A DNA stretch of 64,000 nt from an uncultured delta proteobacterium (lineage in GTDB: Bacteria > Desulfobacterota > Binatia > UBA9968). The DNA is taken from NCBI GenBank assembly GCA_963804165.1, contig CAWDPO010000016.1, positions 96,001 to 160,000 on the forward strand, read 5' to 3'. The position numbers and the translations under genes are program-made. The notes beneath the pieces are model-generated. The model did no database searches. It was given only the letters and a program-made list of their open reading frames with translations, and had not been told where the DNA came from. Shown one piece after another: positions 30,130-41,583 of this stretch; the first letter of the stretch is position 1, and each line of letters opens with the position of its first letter.

Positions 30130-31968
30130 TTAGTTGCAGATGATCAGATGGCAGTCCCTGGGAAGCCGCTTCATAAGCCCCTTCAGGACGTGGCCGCGGA
30201 GCATGTGATCGAAGGCCGAGCGCTTCGAGGAGCCGATGAGTACGGCATCGACATCGAGTACCTCGGCGGCGTTGGCAATAGCCTCCGCCGCGTTGTGCGA
30301 GACTGTCCAGATCGGAATCATCTCGATCGGTTTTCCACGGACCGCTTGCAGTGCTGCCTTGAGGGTCTCGACTCCTTGTTCATTCGGCCGATGAGGGGTC
30401 GTTCCGGCGAACAGTCCGGGCCATTCCTCGACGTAAATACAGTACAGGGCCGACTCGCCTTTGCCTTTTGCCCGCATGATCCCTTCCTGGATCAGGTGCG
30501 GATTCTCATCACGGAGGGCCAGCAGAGTGGAAGAGGAATAGAACGGCTTGACCTCCACCGCTTCTGCAAGCGTCATGAGCCCCTTCAGCTCATCTTCGAC
30601 AAGATCTTCCGACGCGCGATACGCCCGTGTTTGCAGCCTCTCTATGAACGGAATCTGGGTGAGCCCCTCGATGAACCATCCTCGGCGCACGCCGACCGCC
30701 ACGAGCATCCCGATAAGTGTGACAGTTCCTCCGAAAAGCGTGGCGAGCTCCTTTTCCACGAGGTTGATCCCCCAGGCAACCATCAGCATCAAAGTTGTCA
30801 GCACGCCGACCCAGAAACCAAAATCGCGACGTCCCAACCTCCAACGAATCGCATCCAAGCTCGATGATGAGAAGACAAACGCGCCCAACAGCCCAAAGGC
30901 GTACATATCGCCAAGAAGAATCATGTGGCCGCGGGTGAGCAGAATCAGCAGCACCGGAACCAAGGTTGCGATCAGAACTGCGATATGGGGTGTGTTAAAT
31001 GCGCGGTTACGCAATTCCAGAATTTTCGGTAGAAAGCCTTGGCTCGTGAGCGCCAGAAAAACATGATACGAACCGATGATTGCCGTATTCGATGCGAACA
31101 AGAGAAGGCTCGAAGCGGTTGCCACCACCGCCAGCTTGACGCCGAACCCGCCGACGATAAGGCCCAATTCGGAGATGAAGCGCTCACTTTGCGTTGCCTT
31201 GATCTGATCCGACAAAAGTCCCACCGATAATGCGGTCAGGACCGGTGACGTAATGATCATCGTGATTATGACAGCGGCCATGGCGCGGCGTGTCGTTCGG
31301 CGCAGCGGGTAGCGCATGGCCGGGCTCAGTTGGCTGATACTCTCCAGTCCTGAAAACGCGAGCCAGGCAGCGGAGAATCCAACGAGGAGTTCGTAGGAGG
31401 AAACTTCTTCACGTACACTGAGATGATTCAGGACCGTTTGCCATTGTTCGGCATTCATGATCACGACAGCGATGCCGATCACGACGAGATTGATGAAAAA
31501 CGCTGACAATGCCATCACAAGCGACACTGTAGCGCTTTCCCTAATTCCGATGATGTTGAGCGCGGCAAGGGTTCCCACGCCTACGCAGGCTAGAAGAACG
31601 ATATGAGGGTCGAGAACGGGAAAGGCGCTGCTCAGATATTGAAATCCGGAAACCGAGGAGATCGCCGTGGTAAGGAAATAATCGACGGTAATCAGCATGC
31701 CGCCCAAACAGCCCCACATGGGGCCGAAAGCTTTGGTTGTGATAGTGACGACACCGCCGCCTTCGGGGTTGCGCCACGAGATTTCGATATACTTCAGCGC
31801 GAGAAGGATGAAACCGCCCGTGGTGAGCAGGACAAAAAACGGAGCCGCGTCTTTGACGTGGCCATACAAGATACCCGGCACATAGTAAACGGACGTGCCG
31901 ATATCGCAGAAAACGACGGCCCACGCGAGAAACCAAGTAAGTTGTCTTGTATCGCGAGTCGGACGCAT
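30130..31968 (-). CDS. APC-superfamily permease (KUP/KimA-like) fused to a C-terminal USP domain
   Basis: DIGTSVYY resembles KUP GDIGTSPLY; PEGGG, DYFLT and GLESIS; ~12 TM segments; USP tail VDAVLIGS...LRGHV. Confidence 0.8.
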   Translation of the reverse strand: MRPTRDTRQLTWFLAWAVVFCDIGTSVYYVPGILYGHVKDAAPFFVLLTTGGFILLALKYIEISWRNPEGGGVVTITTKAFGPMWGCLGGMLITVDYFLTTAISSVSGFQYLSSAFPVLDPHIVLLACVGVGTLAALNIIGIRESATVSLVMALSAFFINLVVIGIAVVIMNAEQWQTVLNHLSVREEVSSYELLVGFSAAWLAFSGLESISQLSPAMRYPLRRTTRRAMAAVIITMIITSPVLTALSVGLLSDQIKATQSERFISELGLIVGGFGVKLAVVATASSLLLFASNTAIIGSYHVFLALTSQGFLPKILELRNRAFNTPHIAVLIATLVPVLLILLTRGHMILLGDMYAFGLLGAFVFSSSSLDAIRWRLGRRDFGFWVGVLTTLMLMVAWGINLVEKELATLFGGTVTLIGMLVAVGVRRGWFIEGLTQIPFIERLQTRAYRASEDLVEDELKGLMTLAEAVEVKPFYSSSTLLALRDENPHLIQEGIMRAKGKGESALYCIYVEEWPGLFAGTTPHRPNEQGVETLKAALQAVRGKPIEMIPIWTVSHNAAEAIANAAEVLDVDAVLIGSSKRSAFDHMLRGHVLKGLMKRLPRDCHLIICN

Positions 31969-32117
31969 AGGTTTCTTCTTACGAAAGTTCAAAGCTACCA
32001 CAAATTAACTGGGTTCAATAATGAAACAACCGAGGATTCGGTTCCAGTTTTAACACTTTTATTTTTCAGGGTAATTTTTTAATTCCGGGGCGACTACAGA
32101 ACTGTTAGATTGAAGTA

Positions 32118-32573
32118 ATGCGACAAGTCCATTCCGTACCCGAACCGGTTGCCGCACATACGGTTCGGCGCATTGCGCATCCAATCAATTTTTCTAATGT
32201 GTCTGAAAGCGGGCTTAGCTGGGCGATTCACTTGGCAGAGGAACATCAGGCCGAATTCCTACTGTTGCACGTTGTCCCACCACCGACGCCCATTTTCGAG
32301 CTTGAATCGCCGATGAAATCCGAAGCAGAACATGCATTATCCGTTCTGCTGGCAAAACTCGAGGCAACAGGCCTCAAGGCACGAGGCTTCCTGCTAACCG
32401 GGAAAAGTTCTACGGAGAGTCAAATTGTTCGCGCCGCCAGACTGGAACGCGTTGATCTTATCATTATGGGAACCCGCGGCCGTCCCGGCATCTCCAGGCT
32501 ACTCGTAGGGAGCTTGGCATCCAGAGTAATCGATCGCGCCCACTGCCCAGTACTAGTTGTCCCGAGCCGATGA
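32118..32573 (+). CDS. Universal stress protein
   Basis: IAHPINFS, LLHV, DLIIMGTRG, LVGSLASRV and CPVLVVP. Confidence 0.92.
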   Translation: MRQVHSVPEPVAAHTVRRIAHPINFSNVSESGLSWAIHLAEEHQAEFLLLHVVPPPTPIFELESPMKSEAEHALSVLLAKLEATGLKARGFLLTGKSSTESQIVRAARLERVDLIIMGTRGRPGISRLLVGSLASRVIDRAHCPVLVVPSR

Positions 32574-32708
32574 CCGAGAGAGCAAGGGGCGACACCATGC
32601 AGGCAATGTAAAGTGAGGGCAGCACGTTTCGGGAAGCAGCGCGTCGAGGGCCAAGCGGTCGATTTTTAGTAATCACGAATCCTTCCGTTGACTTGTCGTT
32701 TCCAAGGT

Positions 32709-34100
32709 CTAGCCCTCGTATTTTTTTCGCTTGCGCCAAAGCGTCGATGCGTCGATCCCAAGCACGGCAGCGGCTTCGTCCAAAGTCGCTGTGCGCGCGA
32801 GCACGCGGGTGATATGCTCGCGCTCGATGGCGTCCAAGGAAAAATCACCGCCCATTTGCGCCGCGTCCGCGCTGCGATGGCGCGCGGAAATATGCGGCGG
32901 GAACGCTTCTGGTTCGATGATTTGAGCCGGCCAAAGTATCACTGCTCTTTCGATGGTGTTTCTGAGCTCGCGCACGTTACCGGGCCACGAGTAAGTGGTC
33001 AAAACTTCGGCGGCGGCGTTCGATAGCTCGGGCGTTTGGCGCCGCGCCGATTTTGCGAAAAAGATCAAAAACCGGCGCGCCAAGCGCAGAATATCCTCGG
33101 GCCGCTCGCGCAGGGGCGGCAACTCCAAATCGATCACATTCAAACGATAGAGCAGATCTTCGCGGAACAAGCCCTGGCGCACGTGCTCGGCTAAATCGCG
33201 ATTGGTGGCCGCCACGGTTCGCACGTCGGCTCGTCGCGTTTTGTTCTCGCCGAGCCGTTCGAATTCCTTTTCCTCGATGAAGCGGAGCAGCTTGGCTTGC
33301 AACGATGGCGAGATGTCGCCGATCTCATCGAGAAAAAGCGTGCCGCCCTCGGCCGCTTCGACGCGGCCCGCTTGATCGCGCACGGCGCCGGTAAAAGCTC
33401 CTTTGGCGTGGCCGAACAGCTCGCTGGTGAGCAATTCCTCGGATAGAGTCGGGCAATTGACGACGACGAAGGGATGACGGCTGCGCGGGCTCAATGAATG
33501 AATCCAGCGCGCCAGTACGCTCTTGCCCGTGCCGCTTTCACCGCGCAGCAGGACCGGCGCGTCCGAGCTCGCTGCTTTTCGCGCAACTTCAAAAACCGCG
33601 CGCAGCTTCGGTGAATCGGATTCCAAATCGCTGTCCGGCGCCGCTTCACGCAGCCGGCCCTCCAAATCGATGACCTGTCGTTTGAGGTCGCGTTGCTTGA
33701 TGCATTGATCGACAACATGGCGAATCTGCGCCGGCGTAAACGGCTTGGCCAGATAATCGGCCGCGCCGCGTTTGATCGCGTCCACCGCGCTGTCGATCGT
33801 GGCGTACGCCGTGATCACCACCACCAACAGATTAGGACAATCGGCGATCAGTTTGGGGATGAGATCGAGACCGCTGGTGTCGCCGAGACGGACGTCGAGA
33901 AACGCCAAATCGTAGGCCTGTTGGGTGAGAGCATCGAGCGCGCTTTCTCCAGATGACACCGCGGCCACGTGACAGCCGGCTTGCTCGAGACAAAGCGACA
34001 ACGTGGCGCGAATGTTTTTTTCATCGTCGATGACAAGCACCGGAGTCTTGAATCCGCAGTCGGTTTTGGGGAGACCACGATGACCGCCTTGTTGGAGCAC
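32709..34100 (-). CDS. Sigma54-dependent response regulator (AlgB-like)
   Basis: [48 protein letters not shown] and [18 protein letters not shown]. Confidence 0.93.
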   Translation of the reverse strand: MLQQGGHRGLPKTDCGFKTPVLVIDDEKNIRATLSLCLEQAGCHVAAVSSGESALDALTQQAYDLAFLDVRLGDTSGLDLIPKLIADCPNLLVVVITAYATIDSAVDAIKRGAADYLAKPFTPAQIRHVVDQCIKQRDLKRQVIDLEGRLREAAPDSDLESDSPKLRAVFEVARKAASSDAPVLLRGESGTGKSVLARWIHSLSPRSRHPFVVVNCPTLSEELLTSELFGHAKGAFTGAVRDQAGRVEAAEGGTLFLDEIGDISPSLQAKLLRFIEEKEFERLGENKTRRADVRTVAATNRDLAEHVRQGLFREDLLYRLNVIDLELPPLRERPEDILRLARRFLIFFAKSARRQTPELSNAAAEVLTTYSWPGNVRELRNTIERAVILWPAQIIEPEAFPPHISARHRSADAAQMGGDFSLDAIEREHITRVLARTATLDEAAAVLGIDASTLWRKRKKYEG

Positions 34101-34384
34101 TATGCTATCCGCGGGTTATCGTTGCAAGCACCACGGAAAATCGCGGGGCGAGTTGTGACATCGACACAGTATTTTCGATGGCCACAGCAGTCAGGCGTAA
34201 AGGATTCCTATGCCGCGCGGCTTGCCAAATGGCGGCCGCTTGTGTTCTGCGCAACCTTTTAAATATGCCGCACGTCCTAGCCGCGCACGAAATGCGTCGC
34301 CCAGAAGTGCCGGTGATTGGATGAGTGCGAAAGCTGGCGGTAGATCAAAAATGGCAATCGGACAACCCGTCGGCGTAATGCCGG

Positions 34385-36820
34385 CTAATCGGGAACACCG
34401 GACACTTTCACGACGAGGATGAGGCCGAGATCTTCAAAGCACGTCACCCAGCGGCGCGCTGTTTCGTCACCGAGTCGTTGTGACTCGCGTTGTTTTGGAT
34501 ACTCCCGTTTCAATAGTTGGTAAAAAATGTTTTGAACTTTCCAAAGATTGGCCTTGAACGGAAGATGCTGGAGCAGATTCGCCGCGTCAAGAAATTGCTG
34601 GAGCATGGCTAACGAGGGTTGCGCCGCAAGCGTCGTCGCCGCGCTTTCCAATGACCGACGATAGGCAAATTCTATAGGTGCCATATCAAGAGACACTCCT
34701 TCTTCCTTGGCGGACTCAAAAAGGCGGGTCACGAGTTCGCGATCGATACTCGGCTGTTGCAAGGCGCCGCGCAAATTATTGCTCAGCACGAACTCCGCGG
34801 CAGCGGAAAACCCTTTGGGCAGGGGTATGGCGAGGTCGGTCAAAAATCGCATGAGCGGCGCGCTGTGCTCATAGATGCGTCGATACAGAGATTCAGCTTC
34901 CGTTAGATTGGCAGCGAGGATGGTGTTGACGAGGCTTCTTTGCTGGTCGTGAAAAAGCGACCGCAAGGAGTAGTTCGATTCGCCAAAGCGGCGTTCCATG
35001 GCGCGTATAACGCCGGTGAGATCGGCGCGTCGAAACGGTTCCACGGTGCTCTCAACGATACTCCGATACGTTTCATCGTCCCGGTATTCCACGACGCCGC
35101 CGTTAATGTTGTGATCGCCCAGATGGAGCACGCCGAAGTTCAGTTTCTGCGACTCCAGCGTGATCTTGGAGCGAGTTGGACGCGGCCGATGCCGAGCTTC
35201 GCTCGTCCCGAGGTGAAAACCTGATGGTCTTCGAGCTGCGCGTCATAGCAGTAAATCGTCGCTGGGTTTGAATAGTCCTCGAACAACGTGCTCACCGCGT
35301 AATGGGCGCCGACGTTTTCCCAATCGACTTTGGCCGGCCGGACCATCGCTCATAGATTTGCGAGCCGTTTCCCTGCTCCGGCAGATTGCTCTTTGCCGCG
35401 GCCAGCCGGCGCACGAACTGGTCTTCGAGTGCGTGGCCGAAGACGTTCTCCGCCAATTGAACGACGCGTCCCGCGAACTGAAGAATTTGCACGGTCTCGA
35501 TGCCGGACAGATCGTCGAAAAACCAGCCGCAGCTCGTGTACATGAGCATGGCGTTGCGCTGCATTTCGAGGAGCTTGAGCACCGTCGAAGTTTCCGTCGC
35601 GTTCAACGGTCCGCACGGCGTGGCAGGCGATAAAGCTGTGAATGTTTGCCGTCGATCGGTCGTTAACGACGTCGATGTAGGCATCGCGCGCGCACCAAGG
35701 ATCCTTAAGCAGCTTGCCAGCTCTGCTCTCCCATTGGCGGACGATGGCGTCGCGCAGCCAATCCAGCGCATTGCGCAACGGTGTGCGCCACTCCTGGTTC
35801 CAGCCGGGCTGGGCGCCGGAGTTGCAGCCGCAGTTGCTCCACCAGCGATCGATCCCGTGGGCACAACTCCAGGAGCTTTTCTCGACGATCTCAACTTCAT
35901 CGGCGGGCGGATTTTTTGCCAAAAACTCGCCATAGTTGGTCAAACACGCCAGCTGCCTAACCTCGATCTGATCCAACACGTAGGCGAGAGCCATGTCACC
36001 GAAGCGGTGGTGATGGCCGTAGCTTTCGCCGTCGGTGGCGACGTGCACGAGCTCCGCCCCATCGCGCTCATTGGAAAAAGCCCCTGTCAATCGGTCGATA
36101 AAGCGCTCGCCATTGCTCAGCAGCCCCTCAAAAGCCACGCCGCGGGCAATCGGGCCGTCATAGAAAAATAGCACGATGGATTTTCCCGACGGCAGAGTCT
36201 GCTGGTAGGCGCGGGTGGTGTCAATGGGATGACCGTTGAGCTCGGTCCATTCAGACTCGCCGATCCGCCGCACGCGCGCAGCTTGGTGGGGTGCGAGAAT
36301 TGTAAAGCGCAGGCCAAATTGAGCGAGCAGTTCGAGGGTTTCCAGATCGACAGCAGTCTCCGGCAGCCAAAGCCCTTCCGGGGCGCGCTTGAATCTTTTT
36401 TCAAAGTCGCGGATGCCCCAGAAAATTTGCGTGGCGCGATCGCGGCTGTTCGGCCAGAGGCATGATCATGTGATTGTAGACTTGCGCGATGGCGGAGCCA
36501 TGGCCAGAAAAGTTTTCTCGGCTTTCCTGATCCGCCGTCAAAATCACGGCGTAAACCTCCGGTGCCTTGACTTCCAGCCACGACAGCAGGGTTGGGCCGA
36601 AGTTAAAGCTGATCTTCGAATAGTTGTTGACGAGTTTTACGATGCGATTTTGGTCATCCAAAATGCGCGAAACGGAATTCGGCGCGTAACACTCCGCGGT
36701 GATCCGCTCGTTCCAATCGTGATAGGGCGACGCCGAATCCTGCAGCTCTATGGCTTCCAGCCAGGGGTTTTCCCTCGGCGGCTGGTAAAAGTGGCCATGA
36801 ATGCATATACAGCGTTCCAT
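34385..36820 (-). CDS. GH57-family glycoside hydrolase with DUF3536; several frameshifts
   Basis: IHGHFYQPPRENPW, SFNFGPTLL, YNHMIMPL, ATDGESYGHH, SWSCAHG and MYTSCGWFFDD. Confidence 0.88.
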
Positions 36821-36881
36821 TTAAGCGATGAGTCGAGCGCAGCGGAAGATGGCTAAATTTTGCCGCTCGGCGTTGAAAATC

Positions 36882-38146
36882 TCATCCGGTGGCTACGGGT
36901 TGGTCATCACCCAAGTGGTTTTGCGTGGTCCGCGCGGCAAGCACGACGATGCCGCTCTGCGATACCGTGTAATGCTCGCGATCGCTCGCGAGATCGTAGC
37001 CGATCTGCGGTTCCCGAGGGAATGACGTTGGCTTTATCGATGATCGCGTGGCGAATCTTGCAACCACGGCCGATTTCCACCCAGTCCATGATCACGGAGT
37101 CTTCAATCTGGCTGTAACTGTGAATCCTGACGTTTCTGCCGACCACGCAGTTGTGCACGTAACTGCCGCTGATGATGGTTCCCTCGGCGACGATCGAATT
37201 GACCGCCATGCCCTGGCGGTCTTTCCAATCGAAGACGAATTTTGCCGGCGGGTCGGCATAGCCGACCGTGCGCAGCGGCCAGCTGCGGTTATACAAATTA
37301 AAAGACGGATCGATCGAGCAGAGATCCATGCTCGCTTCGTAGTACGCGTCGATGGTGCCCAGATCGCGCCAATAGCTCGGCTCTTCTCCTTTCGACGGAA
37401 TCGGCACGCGGTTCTTGCGAAAATCATAGGCGTAAGACTCTGCCGCTTTTGACCAAATCCGGTAGGATATCCCGGCCGAAATCATGGTTGCTCGCGGGCT
37501 TCTCGGCATCGGCATTGAGCGAATCGATCAAGACTTCATTGTTGAAAAGGTAGTTGCCCATCGATACGAGCGCATAATTCGGCTCTCCCGGGAATAGACT
37601 TGGGATTTTTCGGCTTCTCGTCAAAGCCGATGATGCGCCAATCGGCGTCGACTTTGATAACGCCGAACTGCGAGGCCTCTTCGATCTTGACCGGGAGCGC
37701 GGCGACGGTGACGTCGGCTGATTTCTTTTGATGCTCGTCGATCATCTGTCGGACATTCATGCGATAGATGTGGTCGGCGCCGAAAACCGCGACCAATTTG
37801 GGATTGTGCCGTTCGAGCAAATACAAATTCTGATACACGAGTCCGCGGTGCCCTGATACCAATCATCTCCCGAACGCATTTGCGCTGGCACCGGAATGAC
37901 AAAATGTTCACCGAGAAAATCCGTCGTGCGCCAGCCGCGGTCCAAGTGTTCCAGCAGCGACTGCGCTTTGAACTGAGTCACGACATAGATCGACAAGATG
38001 CCGGAGTTCACGAAATTCGACAACACGAAATCGATAATACGGTAGCGGGCGCCGAAAGGCACCGCGGGTTTGGCCCGGTGCTGTGTCAACGGATAAAGAC
38101 GCTCGCCCCGTCCGCCTGCCATGATGACACCCAGCACGTACATCAT
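36882..38146 (-). CDS. glgC: Glucose-1-phosphate adenylyltransferase; frameshifted
   Basis: [49 protein letters not shown] and YWRDLGTID. Confidence 0.92.
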
Positions 38147-38173
38147 AAGCCTCTTATTTTGTTTCCCCCTTGA

Positions 38174-39615
38174 TTAACAAGCTGTCGGTACAAGTCTGCG
38201 TACTGTTTTGCCGGAGCGATCCCAGGAAAAATCCATCGCCATGGCGCGGCGCTGCAGCGCCGTCCAGGCTTTCTTATCGTGAAACGCCGTTAAGCATCGA
38301 TCGATGAGCGTCGAGCAAAGCTTGCGCGTTCGTAGGGTTCGAAAACAAAGCCGGTGCCGGTTTCGCGCGCTGCCATCGTAGGGCTGCACCGTGTCTTTCA
38401 AGCCGCCGACGGCGCGCACGATCGGAATCGTACCATACTTGAGACTAAACATTTGATTGAGACCGCAGGGCTCATAGAGAGAAGGCATCAGAAAAATATC
38501 GGCGCCCGCCTCGATCCGGTGGGCGAGCGGTTCGTCAAAACCGATACGCACCGCCACCCGGTCGGGGTAACGCGACTCGCGCGGCGCGAAAAAACTCTTC
38601 GTATCGCGGCTCGCCGCTGCCGAGCAAGACGATCTGAACAGTCGCGCTGCATCAGCGCGTCGAAAATGCTCTCCACCAAATCGAAACCCTTTTGCGGCGT
38701 GAGGCGCGAGATCATGCGCGATGATCGGCGTGTCGGCTTATCTGGAAGTCCAAGATGTGCTCGAAGAGCTCTTTTGCAGGCATCCTTTTGCGACAGGCTG
38801 TTTTCGCCGTAGTGGTGGCGAGATAAGGATCCGTCCAGGGATTCCATTGCTGTAGTCGACGCCGTTCAAAATGCCGACGAGATCGGCGGCCCGCTGGCGC
38901 ACGACACCCTCGAGGCCAAAGCCTTGCTCGGCGCTCATGATTTCCTGGGCGTAGGACGGGCTCACCGTGGTGACCTTGTCGGCGAGGATGAGCGCGCCCT
39001 TGAGAAAATTGATATTGCCGTAGAATTCCAAATAAGCCGGGCGTAAAAAATGCGGCGTCGAGATTCAACAGCGGCCAGTCGGCTTGCCGAAGATTCCTTG
39101 AAAGCCGAGATTGTGAATTGTAAAGACGGTCTTGGCCGCGGCTACTTCGGCGTAGCGTGCCGGCTGCACTTTGAGAAGGATGATCGCCAACGCAGCTTGC
39201 CAATCGTGGCAATGAACGATCTCCACGGGCCATGGCGAAGGAGCTCCAACGCGGCATGGCTAAAAAAAACTAAACCGTTCGGCATTGTCCGGATAGTCTC
39301 CCGCCGGTGGGCCCGTAGAGAAATTCCCGATCGAAGTAGTGATCGGCTCGGATCAGATAAACCGCGGTACCTTTGCCAAGCGAAGTTTACCAGCGCCGTT
39401 GTTTCCTGGCGGCGCTCGGAACTCGGCACTGAGAGTTTAAAGGCCGTTTCGCGCAACGGCAAAATTGCCTTGCAGCACCGAGCGATAAGCCGGCGTGATC
39501 ACGCAGACTTCGTGGCCGAGGCGTTCCACACCGACGGAGAGAGTGCCGAGGACGTCGGCCAAGCCGCCGGTCTTGGCGAAGGGCTGACCTCGGAGGCGAT
39601 CATGGCGATCTTCAT
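38174..39615 (-). CDS. glgA: Glycogen synthase; heavily frameshifted
   Basis: [42 protein letters not shown] and [11 protein letters not shown]. Confidence 0.9.
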
Positions 39616-39669
39616 CGGGTGTCGTTCGCGTGAAGTTCAATTCTTCGAACGCCGCGTCAAGCGTTCAGC

Positions 39670-41574
39670 TTAACTGCTAAAAAAAAGCACTGCCAACGGC
39701 GGCAGCGTAAGTACGAGCGAGCAGGGCCGGCCGTGGTGCGCTTCCGCCGCGGCTTCCACGCCGCCATGATTTCCGATACCGCTGCCGCCATACTCTTTGG
39801 CGTCGCTGTTGAGCACCTCTCGCCAAAAGCCGCCGCGCGGAGCGCCGACGCGGTAACCTTGGCGCGGCACGGGCGTGAAGTTGCATACGACAAGACCAAA
39901 GTCGGACGTCGATTTCCCTTTTCTGATCAAGCTGACAACGCTGCCGTCGGCGTCGCCGCAGTCGATCCATTCAAAGCCCGCCGGATCGCAATCGAACTCG
40001 TAAAGGGCGGGCTCGCTGCGATAGAAGCGATTGAGATCCTCGAGCCATTTGTGCACGCCCGCATGGGACGAGTATTGCAACAAATCCCACTCAAGGCTCC
40101 CGTCGTGGGACCATTCGCGCCGCTGGCCCAGCTCTCCGCCCATGAACAGCAATTTTTTGGCCGGTTGGGCATACATATAGCCGACATGGCGCGCAGATTG
40201 GCGAACTTCTGCCAATCGTCGCCGGACATTTTATCCAAGCAGAGATCCCTTGCCGTAAACCACCTCGTCGTGGGAAAGGGGCAAAACAAAGTTTTCATGA
40301 AACGCGTAGAGCATGCGAAAAGTCAGCTTGTCCTGGTGGAAGCGCCGGTGTATCGGCTCCTTCTGCATGTAGTCGAGCGTGTCATGCATCCAGCCCATGT
40401 CCCACTTCAGGCCGAAACCGAGGCCGCCGACGTAGCTTGGCCGCGACACCATCGGCCAAGCAGTGGACTCCTCGGCGATGGTTTGCACGTCTGGATGGTA
40501 GCGGTAAACCGCTTCATTCAGCCGGCGCAAAAATTCAATCGCTTCGATATTTTCCCGGCCGCCGTATTTGTTGGGAATCCATTCGCCGTCGTTGCGCGCG
40601 TAGTCAAGGTAGATCATCGATGCCACCGCGTCGACGCGCAAGCCGTCGACATGATAGCGATCGAGCCAATAGAGGGCGTTGCTGATCAAAAAACTTTGCA
40701 CTTCCTTGCGGCCATAATTGAAAATATAGCTCGTCCATTCGGGGTGGTAGCCCTGGCGCGGATCGGCGTGCTCGTAGAGATGTGTGCCGTCGAAGAATCC
40801 CAGACCGTGCTCGTCGTTGGGAAAATGCGAGGGCACCCAATCCAGGATGACGCCGATGCCGCGTTGATGCAGGTAGTCGATCAAGTACATCAAATCCTGC
40901 GGCGTGCCGAAGTTTCCCGACGGCGCAAAGTAACCGGTGATCTGATAACCCCAGGAGCCGAAGAACGGATGGTCCATCACCGGCAATAGCTCGACGTGAG
41001 TGTAACCCAAGCATTGCAAGTAGTCGGCGAGCTGGGGCGCGAGCTCGCGGTAGGATAACGAACGGTTGCCTTCCTGCTCGACGCGACGCCACGAGCCCAG
41101 ATGCATTTCGTAGATCGCCATCGGCTTGTCGAGGCGATTGACCTGATGGCGGTTGGCCATCCATTCGCCATCACCCCACACGTAGTCGAGGTCCCAGACG
41201 ATGGAAGCGGTCTTCGGCGGGATTTCATTGAAGATCGAAAACGGGTCGGCCTTATCGACTCGATACGCCTGAAAGCGCGAGGCGATATGGTATTTGTATA
41301 AAGTGCCCTTGCGGATATCGGGAAAAAACCCCTCCCAGATTCCCGAATTGCCTTTCGGCTGTAAACGATAGCCGGTCTTGTCCCAACCATTGAAATCGCC
41401 CATGACAAAAACCTGTTCGGCGTCGGGCGCCCAGACGGCAAAGCAGGTGCCGGCAGCGTCGCCGGAGTTGACGAGGTGGCCGCCGAGTTTTTCGTAGAGG
41501 TGAAAATGGCTGCCCTCATTGAAGAGGTAGATATCGTCGTCGGTGAGCAAGGTGTTCGGCGCAGGATGTGGCAT
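39670..41574 (-). CDS. glgB: 1,4-alpha-glucan branching enzyme; frameshifted near 40200
   Basis: [49 protein letters not shown] and KKLLFMG. Confidence 0.95.
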
Positions 41575-41583
41575 CGAAATATT

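Noticed and set aside
31969-32117. c-di-AMP (ydaO) riboswitch expected upstream of a KimA-like gene or kdp
   Set aside because: This AT-rich spacer shows no recognisable ydaO core, and none was seen before kdpF. An Infernal/Rfam scan would be decisive.
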